Under the pieces are notes generated by a model. The model made no database searches. It had not been told where the DNA came from and saw nothing but the letters and a program-made list of their open reading frames with translations. Shown one piece after another: positions 40,201-49,750 of a DNA stretch of 64,000 bases. Both the position numbers and the translations under genes were made by a program. This DNA comes from Antedon mediterranea. Lineage: Eukaryota; Animalia; Echinodermata. Positions within the stretch are counted from its first letter, which is position 1; each line of letters opens with the position of its first letter. Location of the stretch: positions 9,548,001-9,612,000 of the forward strand of contig NC_092674.1 in the NCBI RefSeq assembly GCF_964355755.1. Reading direction: 5' to 3'.

Positions 40201-43200
40201 TTTGTTCATTTGGAATCTTTGTTTTTTCGATTTTTTGCAGGGCCTGATCTGGTCTTTATCACTTATCCTGAAGCTATTGCCCAGATGCCTGTGGCTCCAC
40301 TCTGGGCATTCCTTTTCTTTTTCATGCTGTTCCTTGTTGGTTTAGATACGCAGGTAAAAGTTTTATTTTTGCTTTTATCTATTACCCCTTATAACAAACC
40401 TGTGTCGTGTCCAGATAAATTTCCTTTCCACAACTGATTCATTAACCCGAAAGTGGCATGGGTTGCGTGTATTTACACTGCAAAATATCAACCTGTGTAA
40501 ATGTTATAGGTCAATCGAAATATCGCCCTCTCACGCATGAAGAGACACCCTAGTAACGGTCTGCTCATTATACCTCCCACAATTTTGTTTTATGGCAATA
40601 TACACAAAAATTAAGTCTACTCGTGAAGAATAATATCTTGAAATAAAATTGAATAACAAATAACAATAAGTTTTATTTATTAAATAAGCGAATAAACAAA
40701 ATCAATCTTATATTAATTGTATGTAAATTAAATACTATAGTAAGCGAGGATAGTAAACAAACGGGTAAAGATACGCTGAGCGTTTTACATCGCAAACACA
40801 GGTTCATCCCGGGTGCGTCCCGGGTGCGTCCTGGGTTGACTCGACGCTGAATACATTTTTCATCACTTCGGGTAACTTTTTATGTCGTTCACATTGGCCT
40901 GTATTTCCGCATTTCTGCGTCCCAGGTACGACTAGGGTTATACAATTCCGGATCAACTACGCTATTTTACTGGAGGTGTAAAAGGTGTATTACACATCAA
41001 AGAGTATAAAGCCTTGTCTACACTTGCAAGCTATTGTTTGTAAACCTCAAGATGGCGTTAATCAGTAGGGTTTGTTATAATATCTTACCTATTTTTTCTT
41101 CCAGTTTGGTATGTCGGAGACATTTATCTGTGGAATTGTTGACGAGTTCCCCAAATACCTGCGCCCACACAAGTCTTTGTTTTCGCTGGCCGTGTGCGTG
41201 ATGTGTTTTCTGCTCGGTCTGCCGTTGTGTATGGAAGGAGGAATCTACGTATTTGAGCTGATTAACTGGTACTGTTGTTGGCTGTCCTTGATGCTGGTTG
41301 GAATGTTTGAATGTCTGGTGATAGGATGGATATATGGTACGTATTCAACAATGTTCTTAACTTTTAATTTATGTACTACTTGGAGGTCAAGAAAATGCCC
41401 ATGGTACAGTATAAGGCCCACAAATGTAAAAACAAATAGTAATCTTTTGACAACATTGTCTTAAACTATGTTAAAGCTCTGTCTACACTACCGAACCAGT
41501 TTGACAAAAAAGTATATGGTAGTGATATGACATTATCATGTCCATATACAAGTACATCACATTTGTTTGTCACATTAAGTTTGATAGTGTAGACAATGCT
41601 TTAAACTCTCTTCTCTTTATTTTATTGAAATTGCGGTCTATCTATCTAGTTACTACCATTTAGCCTGTTCTGCATTGAAACTTAAAAAATACATACTTTA
41701 AACTTAAAGTTAAATCTGATCAGAAACCTATTGGAGTTATATCCAGTTCATCGAAGTTAACTAATCACATGAGAACTTATTAAATATTGAACAATTCCCT
41801 GTTAATTTTTCATTTTTTAGGTGCTGATAGACTTTTGAGCAACACTAGGGAAATGATAGGCTTTATGCCGTCAATTTGGGCACTATACAAAGCGTCTTGG
41901 TGTTTTCTTACTCCAGTCGTCATTGCGGTAAGTACAAAAAACAAAAGAAGCCTGTTTTAACTTGCAAATCTGTGTCTGTAGATCTATCTATACTTGAAAA
42001 CAATACAGTATAGAGATTCAGGTGAACCTTATATTCTTTCATATTAGAAATTGTAATCTCGAAATCTAGGTTCTAAAAAATTTGACTCAATATTTGTAAA
42101 AAGAAACAACATTTTGGCACATATGGCATGTCATACTTGAGCTTGACATTTTATGCCACATTCTTAAGGCATCCAGGTGACTTGCTTGAAATTTCTTTGT
42201 TGTTCTAATAGAACAACACTCCCAATATCGGACTCTCTGAAAACCGGAAACTCCCCCAAAACAAAAAGGTCCCAAATTCATATTTACCATTAAATACACA
42301 TTCTGAATGCCAGACTTTTCCATAAAATATTAAGCCAGCCCAAATATATTTGGTATTGAAAGAGTTAACTGTTACAGTCCAAGCTAAACACTATAACATT
42401 CTTTACTACCTTATTCTACTCCAAATGTAACATACTCCTGGAGACCATCCAACATAAGTTAACAATAGTAAACAAAAAATCATCTTTAAAATAAAATAAC
42501 AATTATTGGTAATCATAACATGCATTATTTTGATGATTGAATAATTTTCATTTTAAAATAGTGTATTGCGGGGTTTAGCATGTGGCAGTATAGTCCGGTC
42601 ACCTATGGTTCCTATGTGTATCCCGGCTGGGCAGAATGTATAGGTTGGATACTAACGTTTTCCTCGCTTGTACCTATTCCAGTCATGATGGTGTATCAAT
42701 ATTTTTACTATGGTGAAGGCGATACACGGTTGGAGGTAAGATAGGTTCTTTTTATATCCATGTGGCCTTGTATAGTAGTGCGTATTGCGTAGGGCATATC
42801 TGATTGGTCGATTGCAGCCGTTGGTTCCTTCTCCATGGAGAATCTTTTTGAACTGCAATAACATTGCAGTTTGCTATCTTCTAGCCTTCAGATATATAAA
42901 ATATTTGGTATATACCGATTCTACTGTATCTATGGTATGCATGGTGGCATTTTTAAAGTATCATGGGTAATTTCTGTGATAAAGTTCACAGTACTGTCTT
43001 GTCAAATCACCAAAGTTAGCCCTTTCACTGACCAGTGAAAGGGCCGTGAGTGGCTGAGCGGTTAAGACAGTGGAACCGTAATCACGTAGCCATAACATCC
43101 GCAGGGGTTCGAGGCTCGCTCACTCCATGGATCTGGTGGTAGAACGAGTCTTCTCGGATAAGGACTATAAACCGTAGGTCCAGTGTATACACAACTTGCT

Positions 43201-43808
43201 AGTGTGCACTTTAAAGAACCTCTTTCGAGATGTGTACTAGTACATCACAGCCACTGATCACCAACTGGGCCCTCTGGGAGATCAGTCTTTGACTGAAGAG
43301 GTCACCCAGTATAAAGATAAAACAAACAAACAGTGTTCATCCCATCTCTGTTTGTAATTTTTGTTTTTGTAACTTAAAATGAAAAAATGGTGATTTAAAA
43401 AAATACTAAATTTTAAATTGTTATGGGAAATAGTTTGGTCTGATTTGTTTATTTTATTTTATCCAATCGAAACCAACAGCGATAATTACCGCCACTAACA
43501 GGTTTGATACAAACAAAGCCAGGACTGTTTAAAGCACCTTGATTGGTCATAACATTAATCAAGGGATTCTTTCGTCCAATGCCTACCTTGACCAGAGGAA
43601 AGGCATAAACCAATACGTCTGAGGCAGATACTAGATGGGGGATACAGACAAAATTGGTAATTTGCCATAATTATTATTGCAGAGAATTTCAAGCCTGCTG
43701 AAACCTACATCAGATTGGGAGAAGGGAGATGGCATTGAAGTGAGTGATGATGACTATGTTATGAAATCAGTTAACAGCAATGGCCTACCAGATCCAGCCC
43801 CTGTCTGA
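1258..43808 (+). CDS. SLC6 (NSS family) sodium- and chloride-dependent amino-acid transporter, glycine transporter (GlyT1/GlyT2)-like; 13 coding exons, about 601 aa
   Basis: Exons joined by hand with GT-AG sites and matching phases: 1258-1296, 5450-5594, 9703-9834, 32853-33093, 33635-33767, 34507-34641, 37628-37731, 39458-39582, 40241-40353, 41105-41336, 41821-41927, 42562-42735, 43683-43808 (1806 nt, no internal stop). Motifs: [46 protein letters not shown]...[43 protein letters not shown]. Gly rather than Asp in TM1 and Trp in TM6 point to the amino-acid/GlyT branch. Confidence 0.93.
1967..3122. repeat. Composite repeat: 17-bp attgagtatccagagac units at both ends (about 4 and 2 copies) and an internal 85-bp unit x3 (2401-2655); probable non-autonomous DNA transposon remnant
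   Basis: cacgtgtatt recurs at 2401, 2486 and 2571; 17-mer arrays at about 1979-2050 and 3088-3121. Confidence 0.6.
3350..3615 (-). mobile_element. 3' end fragment of a Rex1/Babar-like LINE
   Basis: The minus strand encodes [19 protein letters not shown] (RT C-terminal motif), then aatttcctttttgaggatcaataaaag and a (CTTAT)n tail. Confidence 0.65.
3986..4217. repeat. About 51-bp tandem unit x3 built on ggccttggtgccc, ending in an AGGCCTG terminal repeat; related to the element at 15550-15817
   Basis: Direct repeats are visible; the terminus aattcgaggcctg resembles aatttaaggcctg at 15805-15817. Confidence 0.7.
4269..5275 (+). mobile_element. Truncated copy of the Harbinger derivative at 6183-6993, in inverted orientation, with an expanded 14-bp array
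   Basis: Reverse-complement match to about 6210-6950 along its length (Myb remnant on +). No terminal repeats were seen. Confidence 0.85.
5016..5275. repeat. 14-bp tandem repeat (aaatacggtataag), about 17 copies
   Basis: Near-perfect array; one unit is shortened near 5155. Confidence 0.95.
5450..5594 (+). CDS. SLC6 exon 2 (TM1: [36 protein letters not shown])
   Basis: SNF family signature; aatag acceptor, G|gtaagt donor. Confidence 0.95.
6183..6993 (-). mobile_element. Non-autonomous PIF/Harbinger element with a Myb/SANT-like DNA-binding gene remnant
   Basis: TIRs gggcctgtttctgctgc / gcagcagaaacagggcc with TAA on both sides. ORF 6381-6641(-) ..[45 protein letters not shown] resembles Myb/SANT (trihelix) domains of Harbinger accessory proteins. 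Many subterminal ATACGGTAT/ATACCGTAT motifs. Confidence 0.88.
8645..9149. mobile_element. Non-autonomous TIR element (MITE), superfamily uncertain
   Basis: tagtgaggtttcgcaa ... ttgcgaaacctcta flanked by TTAA on both sides; subterminal acgaaaacggatacg and its inverse. Confidence 0.75.
9703..9834 (+). CDS. SLC6 exon 3 (TM2: [45 protein letters not shown])
   Basis: ctacag acceptor, G|gtaaac donor, conserved motifs. Confidence 0.95.
15252..15453. mobile_element. About 200-bp MITE with CAGGCCTT termini and 6-bp TSD GTACTA
   Basis: gtacta|caggcctt...aaggcctg|gtacta; same family as 18923-19109 and 25303-25498. Confidence 0.85.
15550..15817. mobile_element. Degenerate MITE with CAGGCCT termini
   Basis: caggcctgaaatt ... 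aatttaaggcctg, internal ggccttgttgcc motifs as at 3986-4217; no clear TSD. Confidence 0.6.
17379..17456. repeat. 15-bp tandem repeat aactcaacagagctc x5
   Basis: Directly visible. Confidence 0.9.
17737..18887. mobile_element. hAT-like non-autonomous element (CAGGGGCGGATCC termini)
   Basis: caggggcggatccag ... ctagatccgccactg, flanks atgag/atgat (imperfect 5-bp TSD), CpG-rich interior. Confidence 0.8.
18923..19109. mobile_element. MITE, same family as 15252-15453
   Basis: Shared ataggtgtgctacaaattgca..caatacatt..agaagtttaccaaattta..acaaggcctg. Confidence 0.85.
19762..21780. mobile_element. 2.0-kb non-autonomous DNA transposon with TAGGTATCCCAATG TIRs and 7-bp TSD ATATTAC
   Basis: atattac|taggtatcccaatgaaa ... 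tttcattgggataccta|atattac; no coding remnant recognised. Confidence 0.92.
21815..22640. repeat. Minisatellite, about 29-bp unit gtgtgacgtgtcattccaatccgtacata
   Basis: Degenerate at the 5' end and more homogeneous from about 22190; it explains the Cys/His-rich spurious ORFs at 21745-22149. Confidence 0.93.
23127..24724 (-). mobile_element. Helentron-associated non-autonomous element (HINE/DINE-1-like)
   Basis: Read on minus: 5' subterminal repeat folded in the hairpin agttatccgcttgg-tata-ccaagcggataact (24691-24722); 3' copy gcggataacta, then stem-loop aactcgtca-aag-tgacgagtt and CTAG, in a T-rich site with no TSD; internal about 178-bp degenerate repeats. Confidence 0.82.
25303..25498. mobile_element. 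MITE, same family as 15252-15453, opposite orientation
   Basis: caggcctt...aaggcctg with flanks gtgttg/gttttg (5 of 6 match). Confidence 0.85.
28423..30455. mobile_element. Second 2.0-kb TAGGTATCCCAATG-TIR element with 7-bp TSD CTTAAAG
   Basis: cttaaag|taggtatcccaatg ... cattgggataccta|cttaaag; colinear with, but clearly diverged from, 19762-21780. Confidence 0.92.
32535..32663. mobile_element. Small MITE with TAGGGAGCT termini
   Basis: tagggagcttttgatttg ... caaatcgatagctcccta. Confidence 0.65.
32853..33093 (+). CDS. SLC6 exon 4 (TM3 and EL2 with disulfide Cys pair and N-glycosylation sequons NGT, NET, NIS)
   Basis: ttgcag acceptor, AA|gtaagt donor; [31 protein letters not shown]. Confidence 0.95.
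33400..33510. repeat. 14-bp tandem repeat gtgagtaactgctc, about 7 copies
   Basis: Directly visible in SLC6 intron 4. Confidence 0.88.
33635..33767 (+). CDS. SLC6 exon 5 (TM4)
   Basis: [42 protein letters not shown]; AAG|gtaaat donor. Confidence 0.95.
34507..34641 (+). CDS. SLC6 exon 6 (TM5)
   Basis: [45 protein letters not shown]; canonical splice sites. Confidence 0.95.
34660..35030 (-). mobile_element. Internally deleted, inverted fragment of the right end of the 19762-21780 family
   Basis: aggtatcacaatg..ggggtgtcacttt..gtatgactttgat..aaatctacattgaa is the reverse complement of parts of 21275-21780. Confidence 0.75.
36748..36890. mobile_element. Harbinger/Tourist-like MITE, degenerate
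   Basis: Ends resemble agctctgtctacactatcaaact; inverted relative of 41475-41600. Confidence 0.7.
37628..37731 (+). CDS. SLC6 exon 7 (TM6)
   Basis: [35 protein letters not shown]; canonical splice sites. Confidence 0.95.
39458..39582 (+). CDS. SLC6 exon 8 (TM7)
   Basis: [41 protein letters not shown]; canonical splice sites. Confidence 0.95.
40241..40353 (+). CDS. SLC6 exon 9 (EL4/TM8)
   Basis: [38 protein letters not shown]; canonical splice sites. Confidence 0.95.
41105..41336 (+). CDS. SLC6 exon 10 (TM9-TM10)
   Basis: [39 protein letters not shown]; canonical splice sites. Confidence 0.95.
41475..41600. mobile_element. Harbinger/Tourist-like MITE
   Basis: taa|agctctgtctacacta ... tagtgtagacaatgct|tta. 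Confidence 0.75.
41821..41927 (+). CDS. SLC6 exon 11 (TM11)
   Basis: [35 protein letters not shown]; ttttag acceptor, gtaagt donor. Confidence 0.93.
42562..42735 (+). CDS. SLC6 exon 12 (TM12)
   Basis: [45 protein letters not shown]..; GAG|gtaaga donor. Confidence 0.93.
43041..43331 (+). mobile_element. tRNA-derived SINE with a Deu/Nin-like central domain
   Basis: A box tggctgagcgg, B box ggttcgaggc, core gtcttctcggataaggactataaaccgtaggtcc..ttaaagaacc resembling the DeuSINE domain, (AAAC)n tail, cagtg on both flanks. Confidence 0.85.
43683..43808 (+). CDS. SLC6 terminal coding exon ([19 protein letters not shown])
   Basis: ttgcag acceptor in phase 0, R...L.P...W motif typical of SLC6 C-termini, TGA at 43806-43808. 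Confidence 0.85.
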   Translation, partial: RISSLLKPTSDWEKGDGIEVSDDDYVMKSVNSNGLPDPAPV

Positions 43809-46470
43809 ACAAGAAGAAAATTTCAAAATGTGGAGAAACTCTTGCCTTTGTCTTTTTATTTTTTCTTATAAAACTAGGATAAACTGGTTCTTTCAGTTGA
43901 GATTGTCCAGCAGTAGTAATTAGCATGTAGCTCAAATATAATGAAACTTTTGTGAATATTGTACATATTGCAGGCTTTGTTTATGAAGCCTTCCATGGAA
44001 ATATTGAGTCACAATTTATGAAAAATTAGTTAATAACCTGGCAATTATGGTTAATTAAATGAGGTAATATACAAAATTGGGTTTTATCCAACATTCGCGT
44101 CTTGTATACAATGTTTCATTTCATTTTGGACATTATATTAAACAATAAAAACATTTTCGCAAAACCAGCAAAATATTTCCATCTATTAACAAAAATCTTT
44201 AAAATTAGAAAACTTCTTTTGTGCATGTTGTTCAAATGCTGAATTCCAGTTAATACAATTTATTATTCCTAACTTTTCATAAAATTTGAGTTTTCCACCG
44301 AGTTGGTATTTAAAGAGAACAATGATTGTTGTCTTGGATATGGCCTTAACCAAGAAGAAATCTCATTATAGCTTGCACTTACTGCTTTTTTTAATTTTTA
44401 AGTTCTCGATTTTAATTTGTATATATTGATATATTTTTCTGTCGTGATGTGGTACACTTTATTTCGTTTTCGAAATAAATGAATTATGCTCGTGGAAATA
44501 AGTTGATTTAGTAGTCTTCTGTCTTCAGGCGCCATATGATGAACAATTAGATCTAAGTATGTGTTTTTATTTATAGATACACTACTGACTAGAAAATGTT
44601 TGTAATTAAATAATATAGTTCAGCGAATTATTTATTTTGTATTTTTTTTTTATTCAATTTTATTGACCTTTTCTAGCTACATACTTTTTTGTATCAATGT
44701 TATTCAAATTCTATTTATTGTCTGTCCCTAAATATTGAAAGTCTACTGCACATCATCCTAAAACATGTTTTAGCAACATCAATAACATAATATGTATAAA
44801 AACGATTAAACATTTAGAAAAACCCTGTTTTAAAAAGAGCAATTACAGATGCTCATCAGAAACCTCTATTAAGGGGACACCTTCAAAGTGTCCCTGAATA
44901 TTTTCCTTTGTTCATTTCACAATAAGTGCTTAGTAGAGGTGTCCCCTGAATAGGACTTTCCCAAAAGATAAGTTATACATGCTTTTACATTCAAACTGTA
45001 GGCCTAGAGACTGGAACACTCAAACTGAATATCCACGTATATATTTTGTTTTATTAAAACCAAATTTTAAGTAACTATAGTTAAGTAAAAACCGATCAAA
45101 ATTAAAAGCAGTTCTGTTTCATAATTTGTACATTAGTTCCATTTTGTGATATATATATATCCTCTAAATAATTCAATTTTTAACATGTTCATTGTTGCTG
45201 GTAGAGTCACCACCACCAGAACAAAGAAATAATAATCCATAATTATACTGTTGAATTTTAGTGTTGATATGATCCATATTACAGCACGACATAAAACAAC
45301 TCCGTTACTGATAATTAGTTGTAAGGTTTTACTTGATACCCAGGTACTTTTAAATTCAGTACTAAATCTACTAAAACAATATTTTTTTACAATCCATTTT
45401 ATCAGAATGATTCAATTTGTTTCTGATGAAACTATAGACTCTGTTGATTATACTTATACTTACTAATAATTGCATTTAAAATGAATGTGTTAACTTAATT
45501 TTAATGTTAGAAATGGTGTATATAGAAAATAATATGCTAATACATATTTTCTATAAATTCTTTAAAGGTAGGTTTATATTATATTGTTATTTATGCAAAC
45601 TGTTAAAACGTATAATATTGGTAAAAATAACTTTTGTTGATTTTCAGAGAATATTAAATACGAATTTAAACAAATATGTTATTAAGAAATTGATAAGATT
45701 ATATCTGTAAAAGAAATTTTAAGATCATCTTAGCATGTGGCTACAAAACAATACTTTTGCGAAGGTTTCATCGCTCCTGTGAATTTATGAAGGCGCATGC
45801 GCAAATGACTGAACTTTACAGTATTGTCGTGTTGTGAGTTTATATTATAATAATTCATAATGTTTAATGTTTTAACTAAACTGTTAACTACCAGTATATT
45901 TCCATAATGAATGCATTATTTTTACTACCATATATGCATAATTAAACGCACACAATTATTTGTTTAAAATGTTAATATGAATTTGATCTGTGCTACATTC
46001 GAGATGAATTAAAGTCTCTTCCCGTCCAATAGAATACACTTGTTAGGATATTATAAAAGTATGCGTCTGTAAAATGTAACATTTATAATAGTAATATAAG
46101 AAATATCAAGTGTACTTTAAATTGTAGGTGTATGCAAATTAAAAATATTCTGGTTTTATCCAAATTGAGCAGAAATAATGTAGTTAGAAAGTATACTGTA
46201 TAGTGACTGTAGGTAGCGTTTGTGCCTGTACGTAACTAATTGACCAATGTACTAATTCCTCCATGGAGTATGTTATCGTTCCAATTCCCAATTTTCTGAT
46301 GTAAATTTACACAGAAAATAAACCAAATAGGACTTATTGTCTTAGAAATTGTGCTATATTTATTTATTTTGTTTAAATTGGTCAAATATTGTTGCCTTGC
46401 CGATTTTTTTTTTTCCCATGGCCAGTACGCTTTAACCGTATGTGAAGTGTGATTTGTTAATCATTTTTCA

Positions 46471-46912
46471 GTTGTGTCTAATATATGGATATACAAGCAA
46501 TAAAGGCATTGCAAATTTATTTTGTGTGTTGGTAGTTTTGCGTTTTAGGGAGACTATATTTGTAAACATACAGCATGCTATAAATTATTTTATAATGCCC
46601 GAACTTAAACAATGCATAGTAATGTTAAGGATAAAATAAGACATATTTTTGAAATTTTGCTAATTTTATTTGTAAGGAAATGTTTTTTGACCCTTTAAAA
46701 AAAAACCCATTGGAACAGGTTATACTGTATGTCTAAATTTAGGATGGTGAGAAATATTTTGTTTTCTATCAAAAAATCATCTCAATTGAATAACTTGAGA
46801 ATTGAATAATACTGTATTTTGGTGATCAATAGTTTTGTTTACCCTCTCATGGCCATTTTGTTGAAATCCTGAAATAGTCAAAATATTTATTGTGGTTTAC
46901 TACATTATTACC
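46471..46912. repeat. Local duplication, copy 1 (paralog of 48138-48795, lacking the MITE)
   Basis: Near-identical from atatatggatatacaagcaataaaggc to ggtttactacattattac. Confidence 0.92.
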
Positions 46913-47979
46913 TAATATTGTTAAAATCTACATATTCACACCAAAAAAGTGCTTGTCCAAGCGCCCCTCCCTTGCTCTTAAAAATTTCCCTTGTCTTTAA
47001 AATAGTGTGCAATTTTTGCAGCAGGTCCCTCGTTTAATTGTTACTTCACCGGACTACATTCTAGAATTGGAAACGCGTTTCTCTATTATATTGTACACCA
47101 TTTACCTTTTTAGTGTGCAATAAATAACTGCTAACTACAGATTTTACTATTTTTGCTGATGCGAACTTCGTCTGCCCCGATTTCTCGCGAAATTTTACCA
47201 GGCTGTACATGCGGTTCATGTCATGTACTCTATATTTACTCAGTACTGTATAATTGAATTAAAACCATGTTCCACTAAAATAAAAAGGAACTCATCTAAC
47301 AAACACCACGCCCTGTCTCGCTATTAATGATATCGCTGTACAGTATTGCAAAAGTGATTTAAATATATAAACGGTCAAATAGTGCAAACGTTAATGTCCG
47401 GTCGGTATTGTACATTTCGACCATCGTAGTGTACTGTATGTGTTAAGCATGTTGTGTGTAAACAGGTTAAATTCGTTTAAACCATGCAAGGTTAAACAGG
47501 GTAGGCCTATTACCTATGTAATTATTCTAATATATTGGAACGTTAAACTATAATGACGTTATTTTTGTTGTTGTTTTAGTTCAATAAATTTGACATAGAG
47601 GTAATGTTTTGTTTTTGTTAATGCATTTTGTTTTACTTCAATCAAGCAGGCGTTAAATCAAATTTCAACCATGTACAGTTGGTCCAAATCGCGACATCTT
47701 TTCCAGGCTTCCCGAGAGCCCTCTGGAAAAAAATATACTATAAATAAACTCTTGGACAACTAGTATTGCTTCTTGTTTAATGTCTCTATCCTACCCTGGC
47801 CCAGTCGAGTTATATAGTTGTATAAATAATCTTGTTCATTTTTCTGAACTTTAACCGACAATCAATGTACAACCCTTATTATCGCAATAACAAACGTGAA
47901 GGTTTATTTCTCCCTCAATTGGCTGTGGCTTTGTATCGCTATTTATACCACTTTATCCGGCCGCTTAAAAGGCTTATTT

Positions 47980-49047
47980 TAATTATGGATGTTTTGTATT
48001 TGTGAGGGTATGTTTTGGCATTTCTCTATTACAGTACTGTATAGTAGCCTACACTGCGAACTGTCTGTAAGTGTAATCCACATGATACAGGCAGTACTAC
48101 ACAAAAGTAACACTTGGGTAATGTATGTATAGTATTCTTGTGTCTTAATATATGGATATACAAGCAATAAAGGCATTGCAAATTTATTTTGTGTGTTGGT
48201 AGTTTTGCGTTTTAGGGAGACTATATTTGTAAACATACAGCATGCTATAAATTATTTTATAATGCCCGAACTTAAACAATGCATAGTAATGTTAAGGATA
48301 AAATAAGACATGTTTTTGAAATTTCTAATTTTATTTGTATGTAAGTAAATGTTTTTTGACCCTTTAAAAAAAACCCATTGGAACAGGTTATACTGTATGT
48401 CTAAATTTAGGATGGTGAGAAATAAAAAAATCATCTCAATTGAATAACTTGAGAATTGAATAATACTGTATTTTGGTGAACAATAGTTTTGTATAAGCCT
48501 GGTTTCCATAAAATCGCTACACGACAGAGCGTAGCGATTCTATGGAAACGCTAGAGTTTTTATCGGGGATCTAGTACGCGTATACGATTCATCGCCGACA
48601 AAATCGGCAAAGTTGAACATGGTTGAACTTTGCCGATTTGACTGCGATGATTGCGTCGGCGACATCTGCGCGTGTAGCGATTTTAATGGAAACGCTGTAG
48701 CGATTTTAATGGAAACCAGGCTTTACCCTCTCATGGCCATTTTGTTGAAATCCTGAAATAGTCACAATATTTATTGTGGTTTACTACATTATTACGTTGG
48801 TAATAATAAAAACATTTTACGTCATTATGGTATATAGTTAATTGATTTATTTACTAGATCGTATGTACATAATTATGGATGTTTTGTATTTGTGAGGGTA
48901 TGTTTTGGAATTTCTGTATTACAGTACTGTATATTAGCTTACATTGCGAACTGTCTGTAATCCACACTCATGATACAGGCAGTACAGAGGAGGACTTGAA
49001 AAATACACAAGAAGTAACACTTGGGTAATGTATTGTATGCTATTCTT
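47980..49047. repeat. Compound local duplication: X (47980-48140), Y (48138-48795), X' (48870-49047)
   Basis: aattatggatgttttgtatttgtgagggtatgttttgg occurs at 47981 and 48871; Y matches 46471-46912. Confidence 0.88.
48496..48722. mobile_element. PIF/Harbinger MITE (AGCCTGGTTTCCAT TIRs, 3-bp TSD)
   Basis: Perfect 14-bp TIRs; the paralogous empty site near 46835 reads ttttgt-tta-ccctctc. Confidence 0.92.
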
Positions 49048-49750
49048 TTATTAGATCCCTCCCTAATTTCATAAACAAATATTTAATAGGTCCTATTAGT
49101 AAATTCCAAACACATTTTGTTCCAATTAAATTTTAGCTTAGAATAATTAGCAATTGAGTTGAAGGGTGTTTAGAGAAGCAGGCCACTGAACAAATTTATA
49201 CTACGCATGCCCAGTATGAAAATTCGATGGCCAAATTATTTAATTGTAAATTATTAAATTGAATAGAAAAATTATAGAAAGATAATAGAAACAACCAGAA
49301 TAGAAACCTTGGTATAATATGGAATATTTCAGATTCTGATAAATGTGAGTTTTATAACAATGGCGAAGTACAAAATGAATTGTGTTCTGGTATTCTACAA
49401 ATGTCAAAGTTCTCTGGAACCACATTAAGCGTGTTCTTAATATGTGAAACGCTTCTCAATGCTTAATAAGGACATAGGCCTACAGTAACAATCCTTGGCT
49501 GTTGCATGTACATACACTCACAAAAGAAAAATAATTGAAATGTTAAAAATAATAAACTGCTTCATTAATTAATAATAACGATCGTACCCGGCCCAGAGCG
49601 GTTTCAAATTTAGTTCAAACGGGATTAATTTCCTCAAGAGTAATTCGACAATTTTGAGATTCAACTTTGATGACCTAACACACTTTTTCTCTTTCCTTTA
49701 TTGAGCTTGACCTGCCGCCCCACCAAGTTTGAAGACTCGATATCAGATTC

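Noticed and set aside
43041-43130. Possible tRNA gene
   Set aside because: No acceptor-stem pairing, and it continues into a SINE body and tail.
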